Assembly: GCA_905178155.1 (NCBI GenBank) | Contig: CAJINV010000009.1 | Location: 979,415 to 1,043,414 of the forward strand | Direction of reading: 5' to 3' | Length of the DNA: 64,000 nt | DNA from: Amoebophrya sp. A120 | Taxonomy: Eukaryota > Protista > Dinoflagellata | Part shown: piece by piece, positions 40,301-52,403 of the stretch | How positions within the stretch are numbered: position 1 is the stretch's first letter | Layout of the letters: every line of letters starts with the position of its first letter | The notes under the pieces: model-generated | The model's input: the letters and a program-made list of their open reading frames with translations, nothing else | Databases searched by the model: none | What the model was told of the DNA's origin: nothing | Program-made: the position numbers and the translations under genes

Positions 40301-43300
40301 GGGCATCTGCATCATCCAACAGGTCCGCAGTGGCCGCGGAATCGGAACCACTAGTACTCTTTTTCGAGTACGCATTTTTTCGAGTCACCTGATCCCACCA
40401 ATCGTTCTTCTGCAGGCGTGATGTACCCCCGGATCTCCGCTCTAGCTTGGCCCAGTCTTCCAACGCCAAACGCTCCATGTCGGCAAAATACCCGTGGTCG
40501 TCTCGCAGCTGCTCTTTCAGTGCGCACATGGGGAAAATCAGAAGGTCTTCAGTCGCGTCTCCCAAGTCGATCTGGAGCTCCGCGGGGCGTCGACAAAAGT
40601 CCAGCAGGGTTCGGCGAACGTGCTTGCGTTGCGCGTCCAGGTTCACAAAGTCCCAAAATTCGCTGTTTTTCTGCGGGTCGTCGATTTTTTCAAGCAGCCG
40701 GTGCAAATACAAATTATTCCCGTAGACGCCGCTATTCATCAAGATTGCGTCGACAACATCGGGCGTTCTCGTCACAGCTGCGAGAGGCACCGTGTAGGTG
40801 GCAGGCGTGTCGTAACCCAGGCCATCTTTACCAGCTTCCATAGTACGGCGAACGTCGCGAGCGGAGGGCTGCAAAGGTTATCCAGTGCAAAATTATCGCA
40901 CTTGTACTTCTAATCGCAGTCACGCATGACAGACATTTGGCCTAGAAGGGCAAGACAGCATTTTACAAACTGCATCTTTGTTCATAGTCATGCCATTTAC
41001 ACTAGTGCAATGCTAATGCATTTACAAAGCATAACGCTAGCAGATCCTCGATTTGCTCATATTCGCCAGCCGGATTCAAATACAACTCCTCGTCCCACCT
41101 CAGAGCAGAGTTCTTCTTGTCGTCGTTGCGGCCAGAGTTTCGCGCAGTGAATATCTCTGGTGGCTTTTCAGCACCTTCTACCACTATGTTCAATTTTAGC
41201 AACTCTCTTCGTAGGCGCGGTCCCAGTTTTGCCGTCGCGATGACAGGCAGCCTGTCAGGGCAAGGAATCTCACAATGCGCACGGTCAAACAATTTTCGCA
41301 TGTGAAGCCCGAATCGGAGGTTATGTTTCTTCTCGAGGAGCTGGTCCCATTCGAACGCCAAGCGGAGCTGCTTACTGTACATCAACTCATTCACCTGGTT
41401 GCTGCCGGAAGCGGAGGAAGAGGATGAACCTGGTGCATTGTCGACAGTTGCGGCCGCGGACCTACTCGCAGACGCGGAAGTAAAATCACCGGAAGGAGTT
41501 AGAAAGTCGGTATCGCTTGCATTGATGGTGCGGGTGAGTTTCCCGAAACCTCCACTAGCGTCCTTCGGCTGGTGTGCGCCGGTGTGTCCTCCGCCACTGG
41601 ACTTGAGTTGTGCGTTGTGACCCCCTCGACTGCCTGCTCCGGTCACCGCTTTGCTCGCGAGCGACTCAAGCAGCAACTGCTCTTGCAGCTTGCTCTCCAG
41701 CTCTTTGCGTTGCTTCTCCTCCCGACGGAGGCGCTTGTTTTTGGATTTCTTCCCCGTCACGGTCGTTGGTAGTTCGGAAGAAGTGGACGACCCTCCGGCT
41801 GGTTGTCCTCCCCCGGACGCCGCAGCTTCCTCGCCCTCCACTGCTTCCGCAGCAGAAATCGATGGCTGGGCCGTTGTGGATACTTCTGGAACCGCGGCAC
41901 TTGTTCTTGCGTTTAGAATATCCGACGGCGCGCCGTTGGGTGCACCCTGCACGGAGTTCCATTTCCCTTTGGAAGGTGCGGCTTTCGGAAACAATTCCTC
42001 CACCGGTCGCTGCTTTTCCAAGGCTTCCAAGAACGCGTTTTTGTAGCCCCAGCGATCCGCCCGCTGGTGGGACCGCCACTGCAGCAAGGCCGTGTCAAAG
42101 TTCGGAAAAAGCCGCTCGCCCTCGGGATAGCACTCCTCGTCGCGAACGAGCCAGAGGTTGGGCAAATTCCGGTTCTCCAGGTCCGTATCCGAGGGGTCGA
42201 AGATGTAGCTGTCTTTGATCAACCACAACAAAAACGCACGGGCCTCCAAAGCGTAGCCGAAGTGCTCCAGGCCTGGGCCGGCGTCCGGGTTGATGCGGTT
42301 TATGTCCTCCACACTCTTCCAGTTTTTTGGAAACAACTTCATTTCAAAAATCCGCTGCACGATCAGCGCCCCGAGCTTGCTGAACTTCAAGGTTCGACAG
42401 GTGGACCGGTCCACCTCCTGAAAGAGTTTTAGTTTTTCCTTGGGGCGATTGTCTTCAGTCTTGTCAGTGCCCGTCGCATCGTGATCCAGTCGGTTGATCA
42501 ACGTCCCTGCGTGGTGCCAGCAGCGAACAAATTGCGACAAATCTCTACGCTGTTGATGTGCGGTTGCAATACTGGTGGCTGGTGATGTGTTATTTGCACT
42601 GGCAGACGAGCCGTTGGAGGACGTTCTTTCTCTTTCAACATGATCCTGAGCAAGAGCATCCTCCAAGTCCGAGTACCCTGGGTACTTTAGAACGACCGGT
42701 CGGATTGGTTTGAACAGCCGTTCGCTAGCGGTGAAGCCCGGGAGCTTGTCGATCTTCCGCGGAACTTTCGGGTCGATTTCGTCCCGGGATCGCAAGTTCA
42801 ACAGTTTCCGGAGCCGCGAATTTTCGTCGTGCATGTCGATGTCGCGCTTCCGGCGCTTGTAACTCGACGCGTGCTCCGGGTGCGCGCCGTAAAAGTGCTC
42901 GTTGTCGTACATATGGGGCACCCGGAAATCGCGGTGGATGCTGTCGTACACGACCCCCGTCGTTTCCCGGAGGTACTGGCCGTGCAGGGTTTCGAAAAGA
43001 CTGATCACCCCGTCGGACTTCAGCGTCCAGCCGTCCTGCCGATCGAAGGAGCGGTTGCGCGTCTCGTGGTCCGGGACGGGGAGGATGTGCTCCGCTTTCA
43101 CGTTTTCGATATCGAGGTAGGCCAGCGGAACCGGGTCCGCCGAGCTCATCCCCTCTTTCAACCCGTAAAACCCACTGTGCTTCGGGTCCCGCACGTTCAG
43201 CGTTTCCACTTTGTGCCGAAAGCTCGTCTCGTCCTCGAAGATGAAGTGGCGGCGGACGAACTCGCAGAACTGCTCCGCGCCCGTGTGCACGTTCCGCGGG

Positions 43301-46300
43301 TGCTTTTCCCCGCCACAGATCGGGTTCACGTGCGTGTTCCCGAGCAAGTAGGGGCGAATTTCGGAGTCGAAGAATTCCCCGGTCACGCACCAGTCGAACA
43401 CTTGTTCGTTCTTTTCGCACACGAGCAACCGGCGCGTAAACTCGACCGGGTCGACGAGACTCCTCGCAGTCGTGTCCCAGGGCGAGAATTTCCACTGGGT
43501 GCTGTTCCGGGTCTCCGGATCGGAGTAGAAGAGCCGAAAGTCTCGCACTTCCTCATCGGTCATGGAGCAGCACAACGTGTTCCGTGCCATGTTCGCCCGG
43601 TTGGGATCGATGATCACACGCACAGAGAAGACCTGCTTCAGCTCGTCGTAACCTAACAACACAGCCTCCGCAATGCCGTTCTCTTTCAGCAGGGCTGGAA
43701 ACTTAATGTTGTTGAAGCCGATGTTATTTTTAGTGGCAGACGTTGAAGATGTACTACTAGAGGCTGCTGTGGTAGTTGCTCCGTCTGCTACGCCACCTGT
43801 GCTCGGTGTGTTTGATGTTGTTGCACCACCAGCTCCAGCGCTGGTATGGGGGCTATAGGCACACGTACTACTGGGGGAAGCGCAATAGTACGATTTTAAA
43901 GTTTGCTCCCAGGATTCCATGTGGCGAACAAGAATGATGTCGCCCCTGCGGATCTCCCGCTCCACACTCAGCCCACTGCGGCGCGTCAGACAAGATCTGT
44001 CAACTTGGAACAGCATGTCTTTGTCCTTCGAATCTTCGAAAATCTATCCTGAGTAAAAACGTACCCACACCAGAGTCAGGATGAGGATTTTGCAACACAA
44101 ACCTAGGAGCTTTGTGAGTCACGCATGACATAAACAGACTGTGCTGCTACGGGAATGGCATTGTGTTTCGGGTGAGTTGATCAACCCAAAGACGCCGCCA
44201 CCCCGGGCCCAACGGACCTGGCACTCCAAACTATCCTCCTCACACACACACACGCACCAACTTATTTGCAGTGAGTCACGCATGACAAGCTGCACTATGC
44301 AGTGTAGTGCAGGTTAGCAAGTGCAGCCGCATCACAGATTCGTCTGCTCATCCTGTTCACAGCATCACAAATTCCAAAACACGACTGGAAATGGCTCTCA
44401 TGGGGATGCGCATTACAAGTCTTCCTGTCTTTGCAAATCTGCATTACAACTCTGGTGTGGGTACGTTTTTACTCAGGATAAAATCCGAGTCTTCGCGATC
44501 CGCCGGAAGGTCGCCATGGGTGTCTCAAAATCCTCCGGGTTCTTCGGTGCCTTACCCGCTTTACTACTGGAATTTGTACTGAGTGACGTCGAGTCGTTCG
44601 CCGTGTTAATAGTACTTCCTGGAGGGAGGGCTGATTGGTTTTTTTGTAATTTACAATTTACACCTTTGAGCAGTTTCTTCTCTGACGCCACTCGCTGCTC
44701 TGACAAGCACTGCTTCGGCAGTGGGCGGTGTAGCAACCTCGCGTCCGGTATCCAAGAAAAAACACCCATCCCCATCCATTTTGTGCATGACAAACACATG
44801 ATTTGATGCGTCCTTTGCATGACAAATTGGATGTGGATGGGTCTTTTTCTGTGGATATCCGGTTTGTGTGCGTAGTAAAAAAACTCTCGCAGGCCCGGGC
44901 CGCACACCTGCGACTGAAAGGTGTTAAACTTCGCCGGCTTCCCGATGGGAATCAATGTTCGGAACTCCATGATGTATTTACAGTCCTCCCAGTTATATCC
45001 GACGATTTTGGCACCTTCGTCGTCCAACATGGAGTCCGTCTGTGTGCATCCCGAGTTTTCCACCTGTACGATCTCTCCTGGCCCAAAATCAAACGGAACG
45101 AACTTCCAGAAAAATTGGCTTCCCTCATCTGCGTTTTTGTTGCGGTTCTCCCGTGCTGCTGTGTTTTTCGATTTGAAGTCCTCGTCTTGTGAAGAGGAAG
45201 AGCCTGCTTGATGTTGTTGTCCTAGCTTTTTCCCCACAATTGGTTTCGCAGCTGCGGACGCGGAGTTCTTTGTACTGCAGGAGCTACTATCCGCTACTTC
45301 ATCATTGTTCGGAAGGACATTGTCCTGGCAATTGCTCCAGATGGAAATATTGACGGGCTCCGGGTCGCCTTCCGTTGTCGTTTTCACGGACAGAATGCGT
45401 TCCCGTAGGTACAAAGCCCGAAACGTACAGTAATTCTTCATCAGCAGCACGTTTTTCCGACTGCTGAGGTTCTTCGCGTTTTCGAAGTACTTGCTCACGT
45501 CCGCGCTGCTGTTCAGGTTTTCCTTGCTCTTCTCGTTTTTCGTGTTCGCCGCCGCAGCCCCGCCACTGCCCAGCAGATCGTCCAGCAGGGTGTCGGCCGC
45601 CTTCCACGCGGAAATTTCCTTGTCGTTCAGGTATCAAAATGAAAAATCCCCCCACCCCATATCAAAACGAAGTTTGTGATGCTGGACTTGCGTACACAAA
45701 TCAGATTTGTCTTGCTGGAGAGGACTGCAGGCCCATACTAAGCCTGAGCAGAAAGGTTTTGGGCTAGGGTCTTAGCATCAGAAGCGTCTGCGCTGTAGGC
45801 CCAACAGCATCACAAATCGCCTGCATAAAGCGGCGGAGCCTGTGGAGGTGCCTTCTTGCAAGACAGAGATGATTTGTGGTCGCAAATCAGCATTGCAAAT
45901 TTTCTGCTACGTACCTTTTCGATATGGGGAGGGGGGATTTTTCCTCACAATATTAGGGGGGTCGAGTGCTTGCCTCTATCCGCGACCAGCATTGCGGCCA
46001 GTTTCCGAAACATGAACTCGGCTTCCTGGTACTCGGCGTCCTTTGTCTTCTTGTCTTCGTCCGTGACCACATCTCCCGTCACCGGAAGGTTGTTTGTCAG
46101 GTCAAAAAAAGGAAACTCTGCAACATTAGTAATATCAAAGTTGAACAACTCTCGCTGTTGGTCCTCCGAAGATGTCGTCGCGTTGCTATTGCCGGACGAC
46201 GTCGAAGATGTCTTACTACTCTTCTGCTTAATATTCGCCTTGTTATTTCCCGCACCGGCTCGGCCAGCTGCAACGTCTTTGCTGCTCAGGTGCATTTTCC

Positions 46301-49300
46301 ACGCGTCCCCCGGGCTAATATTTTCTCTGCTCTTTTTCCACGTCGGATCGTCAAGCAGAGCGTTCGTCCCGAGCGGTGGCGTGAAGTAATCATTGCCGTC
46401 CTGAACCTGATCTTCATCTTTACCAAAATCCACAACCTCTCCGGTGAGAACGGTTCTTCTCGTGTAGAGTCCCTCGCCCACGTCTTCAAACAGCAATTTG
46501 CCAATCAGCTGCCACCCAAACTGCTCCCGGGCCTGGATCGCCTCGCCGACGCGCACGTCGTGCCAGGGGTTATTCGGCAAGGTTGCATTGCCGAACTTGC
46601 TCTCGCTGCGCCGAACCGCCAGCTCCCCTTCCTCCGTGGACTGCAACTGGAGCATCTCGAAGGCGCGCATCCACTTGGCCTGCACGAAATCGTCCGCTTC
46701 GTGGAAAAATTTGCCGCCTTGCTGCAGGGACAGATCTAATTTCCCGCTGTCTTCGTCCCCGAAAAACAATGCACGCAAATCCCGCCGGTTCCGCACGTCC
46801 TGAACAAAACGGTTCATGTAGGTGGTAGCGGGCACTTCCGAAGATGAACTTGAACAACGCGTACGCGAGGAGTGTTTATTACTATTCTGGCGATCTTCGC
46901 GACAAGGTTCCTCCTCAGAGGCTTGTCCTCGTCGTGTCTCGCCATTGCCAAAGCTTGTCGTGTTTGACTCTGGCATTCTCGTTCCTGTCGTCTCTGACGT
47001 CGTTTCTCCCGCAACACAATTATCCGTCGAGGTAGTAGTTCCAGTGCGCCCTCCTGAGGCTTGCTCCAAAAAACGCGAGAACCAAGACTTCGACGCTTTT
47101 TCGGGTTGTGACTCCTTTCTCGGGCGGTTCTCGTTTTGCTGCAAAGATCGTCCTTGTAGCTGTGTAGTAGATGTAGAGCTATTTTTGTCACCTACAGTCT
47201 GAGTACTAGGGCCAGCAGAAGATGCAACAGCTTTGCAACCAGCAGTGTTCCCTTCTACTTTTTCTTTTCTGTTCTGTGCTGCAGTAGTTTTCGTCACTAA
47301 CCAATCGCCTCCGCATCCGGGATATTCGTCCGGCAGGGGAACCGGGTCGTAGAAACCCTGATCGAGGACGCCGGCGATCGTGCGGTGGTGTGGGTGCGTC
47401 ATTCGATTTAGGAAGGCATTCCGCACCTCTTCGTCTGGGAACACTTCGAAAGCGGTGTTACTACCTGAGCTCCCCCCTGCCGACGCGGCGCTGGAAGAGG
47501 AGGAATTGACTCCGCTCGAGAAGTAGCGTTCCATGGTCTGTTCGCCCTTGTTCACGCTGTCGGCGGGATTCAGGATCGTGCTTATCATCGAGTCCGAAAC
47601 GACACCCACCTCCTGGCTGCTGAGGCAGCGCCCGCGCATTTCCGCAGCGTGCTTGTCCGGCGGGTCTTTCAGCACCGAAGAAGTGTTGCAGTCCGGGTTC
47701 AAGTGTCGCCTTTTCCCGACCAACTCGTTGCGCAGTAGTTTTCCCAGGAGATCGAGCACGAAATGTGCAAGCTCGTCCATCTTCCGTGAGGTTTTTGCGC
47801 GCGGCGTGTCCTCGTCATCGTCGACGCAGTGTTGATCGTTCTTGCCGGCCGTCTTCGGGGTACTAACAGGATCGTCCGACTGAGTCTCGCAAGCGGCCTC
47901 GTCTGGGTCTGTCTTTGCGACAGTACGACTTTTGCTGTTCGCCACAACTTCCTCAATCAGCGACTCCTTCCGCGCCAACAGGGCGTGGCTCCCAAAGCGA
48001 ATCAGACACTCGGCGAAGCAGACCTCGCTTCCCCGATGGAACTCCTGCAGCACGAGTTGGGGCATCAGGCAGTCCTCTTGCGTCACCTTCTGCATCGCGG
48101 CGAACACCTTTGGATTGGGATCCTGCGCGGCAGGCAGTCCAAGACGCGCCGTCTTTGCTAGCGCTCCACCGAAACTGGGAAAGACGCTTGTCGCGGCCAG
48201 ATGTGAGAACTCAGTTTCATGCTTAAAGGGCCTCGCCGCGTCATGCGATTTTTGATTTGTCCTTTCGCGTCCTTCGTCATCGTCCCCCACCTCCTCAAAG
48301 GTAGAACCCTGGTCAGTTTTGTTGGCCCGGCGCATCTTTGCCGCGGCAGAGGCCATTTGCGCGAAGAACTGGCGGCTTCGGGACCGGGACTGATAAAAGC
48401 TGTCAAGAAAGGCGTCCCCAAGAATGTCGATTCCGGACACCCAATGCTGACTTAGCACCTTGTAAGCCTCGGTAACGTAGGGGGGTTGGCGCAGCATGAG
48501 ATTCTGCATCTGGCGGCGCAGGTTGATCCCGTTGTCGCAGACACGGTCGTAGAGTTGGAAAATATCCTCCCGCAGCTGCACCGCACTGAACGAACTCACG
48601 AGGAAGAAAACGAAGAAGGCGTTCCAGATTTGCAGTGCCTTGCCAGGCTCGGCGTAGTAGGCGATCTTGTCATCTTCATCTGCGCACTGGCCCGCGTAGC
48701 CCGCCTGGTTTAAATTCAGCCCCGCACAGTGGATCACCGGCGTGTTGAGCAGCAGCTCCGGCATACCGGGAACCGCCCAGTGGGTCCGGTAGTAGCCGTA
48801 TTGAAACCACGTACGGATCCCCTGCCAGCTGTACCACTTGTTTTCGGCCTCCTGTTTCAGTCCGAGCGGTTTCGGGCGGTAAAACCGCAGATCGATCTTC
48901 TTGCTGGCCATGCCCTGCAGGTCTTGCTTTAAATGCGTTTCCAGCAGGTTCGGCAAGTCTCTTTTCGCACAAAATTTGAAATTCGTACTCCGCTTCAGGA
49001 AGGTCGCGCTGCAGTCCTCCGGCATCCGCTGCAGCCCTAAATCGTGCGGCATATCGTGCACCAGCTCCTCGCCCAAATCAAACGTCCGCTGTCGCTGCTG
49101 CTGCCGGTGTAGCTGCTTCTGCTTCTTCGTCTTTCGCGGGCTGGAGCACGTGCGGCCTGAGGCACCGGGATTCTCTTTTTCGCCATTTTTCGGCGGAGTA
49201 GGAGCAGAGGACCAGTTCTCCGCTATGTCCTTTTCCAAGTTTTGTCTATTTCGGTGCTCATACACCCAAACGGTATCATCATCATGATCCGGTTTCTTGG

Positions 49301-50855
49301 CACTACTAGATCTGGCTGTCGGAGTCGCGTCTCCTTCCGTTACCGTTTCAAAAACCCACTCCGTGTAAAGGGGCACGGAAAACCTCGGAATCTTGAGGCA
49401 CTCTTCGTAATTCTTGAAAACGCGGACCTCACTGCGGGTCTCGTGGTCCACCCCGCCTTCACAAAAACGCAACGACGTCTCTCCCGCCTGTGTAGATGAC
49501 CCCAAATATGTTCCTTGCTTCTGTAGCTGCTCGACTTGCTCTTTGGATAACAAAGAGGTGTAGCATCCTCCAACCGGAGGAGGAGGAAGTCCTGGGACAT
49601 CTATTGTGCCGTTGCGTGCCTCTTCAACGGCGTCAATGATTTGCTGTCGTCTGGCGCCGGCGCTTATCGTTTTTCTGGTCACTTCAATCCTCTCGTAGTT
49701 TCCATACCCAATGTCATGTTTCTCAAGTTCGGTGAGTGTGAGGCCGAAGCAACTGTCAAACCACTTTTGGCTCCGCTTAACGCGGTTCTCATGTTCTGTA
49801 GCCAGTTCTTCTTCCGAGTCCTCCTCGCCACTCGAATCATCGCAGTTAGCGAGAGCAGGTGGACCACCACTTGACCTAGATGGATTCACGCTTTTGGTCT
49901 TGTTCAGTTGCTGTTTGCTACTTGTCCCAGATTTATTGCCTCCACTTGCTTTCGTCGTTCCTCCTTCGCCACCAACATTGTCGTTCTTCCGATCCAACTC
50001 GAGCTCCTCGGCGGCTAGATACGACCACTCGTGCGTGTAAGAATTGTAAAAGCGGTAGGGCAGATACGTCTCCTCTCGCTGTATCTTGCTCTCCACGCAC
50101 TTCGCCAATTCCGCCAAGTCTTTTGCCATGTCGTTGGTGCTACAATTTACCTGCTTCTGGATGTCCTTCTTGGTAAATTTCGCGATGCTCTCGCCGTACT
50201 TGGACGCCAAATGTTTGAACAAGGGCGTGATCTCCTCCTTCCAGTTCTTCAGTTTGAACTTTCTCGGTTTGGTTTTCTTCAGCCTCGGCCCCTTCCACAA
50301 ATACGCCGAGTAGTACTGGACAAGTAAATGGCGGAGCCGGAACACCGCCCACACCTGGCGATAGTTAGGGACGCCCAGCTCCTTCTCGGTCGCGCCAAAG
50401 CAAAACCGCATCTGCTTCACGCACTTGCCGCCGCTCCAGTTGAGCACGTTCTTTGTGACCTCCTTCTCAATGTCGTCGTACGGGCGGCACACGGGAGAGT
50501 GGAACGTCGCAGCGCTCTTGCGGCAACCCTCCGAGCAAAAAATCGCCAACCGGCATTTCTGACACGTAATGGCGTACTTCTTCACTTCTTTTCGCTCATC
50601 CGTCCACGTGAACCACCGACGCGGGAAGGGGTCCTCGGCGTCGGCGTCGCGACACACCACTTGCCGCTGCGTCCCCGAATGTTCAGCACTACTATTACTT
50701 GTTCCTTGCCCATTTTCAACACCGGGCTCTTCTCCAAAAGCATGCTCTGCGTCGTAGTACAGCTCCTGAAAGCAGGAGTAGCAGACACGTCGTAAGCGCT
50801 TCCCGAAGTTGCACGAATACCGAAATTCCTCTGGCACCGAAAGGCAGTCCAGCAA
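31321..50855 (-). CDS. Giant multi-exon protein (~5,900 aa or more) with MYND-like zinc finger and pRiA4b-ORF3-like domain; 5' end uncertain
   Basis: Exons 50855-45958, 45631-44863, 44748-44486, 44044-41039, 40878-37446, 37188-35491, 35349-32671 and 32259-31321 sum to 17,685 nt and read in one frame. MYND-like CYSC...CQKCRLAIFCSEGCRKSAATFHSPVC; pRiA4b-ORF3-like LWREIQVS...YLYDW..FVHCIQL...PPEDG. Confidence 0.8.
32262..32667. mobile_element. Degenerate TIR intron (introner-like), 406 bp
   Basis: 27-nt TIR pair TATGCcaccagtgGGTTcGTAAGTTTC vs reverse complement TATGCaattttcaGGTTgGTAAGTTTC. Eroded TSD (ATATT/CTAGA). Removal gives ...NPFYRVAG... in frame. Confidence 0.7.
35350..35490 (-). other. 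Canonical GT-AG intron in the giant gene
   Basis: GAG|GTAAGA...TTAACAG|CTG, phase 0; joins DHCE to LRSRPV. Confidence 0.85.
37189..37440. mobile_element. TIR intron (introner-like), 252 bp, TSD ATCAG
   Basis: 28-bp TIR TATCAAATGTAAAAATGTCTGGGTCTGG (1 mismatch). ATCAG at 37184-37188 and 37441-37445. Removal gives CLLIGLLCPLF in frame. Confidence 0.93.
40879..41033. mobile_element. Degenerate TIR intron, 155 bp, TSD AAGGT/ACGCT
   Basis: TATCC...GCATA termini with weak TIR; internal GTCACGCATGACA. Removal of 160 nt gives EDLL(A/P)LQPSARD in frame. Confidence 0.75.
44045..44480. mobile_element. TIR intron, 436 bp, perfect 32-bp TIR, TSD AAATC
   Basis: TATCCTGAGTAAAAACGTACCCACACCAGAGT at 44045-44076 and its exact reverse complement at 44449-44480. 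AAATC at 44040-44044 and 44481-44485. Removal gives KTRIFEDSKDKDMLFQ. Confidence 0.95.
44749..44857. mobile_element. Small TIR intron, 109 bp, TSD TCCGG, hidden in-frame inside an ORF
   Basis: ~35-nt imperfect TIR TATCCA(C)AGAAAAA..ACCCATCC.CATCCA.TTTGT. TCCGG at 44744-44748 and 44858-44862. Removal of 114 nt gives HKPDARLL. Confidence 0.88.
45632..45952. mobile_element. TIR intron, 321 bp, TSD TCAGG/TTAGG
   Basis: TAT...ATA ends. GAAAAATCCCCCCACCCCATATC (45641-45663) is inverted at 45921-45943 with 1 mismatch. Removal gives HSTPLNDKEISAW. Confidence 0.9.
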
Positions 50856-52403
50856 TTGGTCCGGCGAGTATTGGTTCTTGCTTTTTTTGCTGGTCGAATT
50901 CGGAGTCGATGTTTTCTTCGCCGTGTTCGTCGTGCCCGTCTTTTTTCCATTTTTCGCATTCGCTCCACCAGCGCGACGTCCTCATCCAGCTTTGGACGCA
51001 TCCTTGCACGAGCCTCCTGAAGATCCAGTCTTCGATGGCGTTTGCATCGTCCACGAGGACGAAGCTGTGCCTAAAGTCTGTGTACTCGGTGAACTACCGG
51101 GATTCGCAGTGCTCGTCGCAGACGAGATTGCGCCCGTAGTACTAGAATTCCAAGTGCCTCAGCGTTTCGTCAACATGCTCGAACGACGACGACTGCTGGG
51201 CCAGTCGAGCCGAAGGGGGGCTGGTACTGGATTGAAACACATCAACATAACACACAAGCACAACTACAGAAGTCTTGCCAAAATCAATAAAACTTGCCAC
51301 TACCACAAAGGCACATCCATGTTTTTTTTCAACATTCCTTACCCTCGTCGCTCATGGCATGACCTTTCAAATACCTTCTTCTACTGAGAAAAAGAGTAAC
51401 AGGAGCTGAGTCTGAACGACGATGGAAATCAGATGAAGAAAACGAAAAGCCTGCAGGCATATGGTCCACCAGATCATGAAATGCCGAAACTCGATGATCT
51501 CGGAGCCTGTCGGGAGGCTCGTATGAGGATGATCGGGTCACTGCTCCTGTAGGGGCTATTTTGTTGGATCTGGAGCTGGTCCTGGTGCAATAGCAATGCC
51601 CAAGGAAATAACCACGATCGGAGGACCGACGAACGAAACAGGAGTCACGAGACAGGTACTCAGTCGGACTTTTCTTCACTCGGGGAGATGAGAGCGAAAA
51701 ATGCCCTGCTTTCAAGAGAGAAATCCAAAAGCACAAAACAAAGCGCATGCACTGACGATGATCCAGAACTCTTTGCGTTTGCAAAAAGAACGAACAGGCG
51801 GCTTGCGCCCGTCGAAACACTGACACTGAGAGGGACACTGAGCATGTTGCTCGCTTTCCATAAAAACTGAGATTCGTTTCTTCGCGTAGAGAAGCGGTGG
51901 CCTCCGGTGCCTCAAAATAAAGTGCGTTGGTGGGTCTGCAACTACAAACCACAAAGTCAATCGCGTGAGAGCCAGAAAAATCATCGAAGGTGAAACGGGT
52001 GGCATAGCGATTTTTTTATCCTATACTGGTTGCTCGAAAAGTATCCACAGACTTTAACTAAGTATCAACAACGCCTCTCTTTTCAGAAACAGGTGAAACG
52101 ACAGCGCAAAAGATTTTCAATCATGATCAGCACCCTTATTACAAGCTGATCTTAGATCCGTTTTACCGCTTTTTGTTTTTTAATCATCGAGATCGCCTTA
52201 TGTGCTTTTGATATTCATTCACTTTACAACTCTAATTATTACCTTATCGGCCTAGTATTTCGGTCACGTTAATAACACTTTGGAGTTGGACGCAAGTGCT
52301 AGGCATGGTCATGAAAACGGTTGAAATCGTGGCTCTGATATTATTTTCGTCACATGCTAAAAGTGGAAAAGTCCAAGAGCAGACAAAGAACTTGCCCGAT
52401 CCT

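Noticed and set aside
44660-44745. MYND-like peptide (CYTAHCRSSACQSSEW) in an alternate frame
   Set aside because: Wrong Cys spacing, ends in a stop, and TSD-guided splicing selects a different frame.
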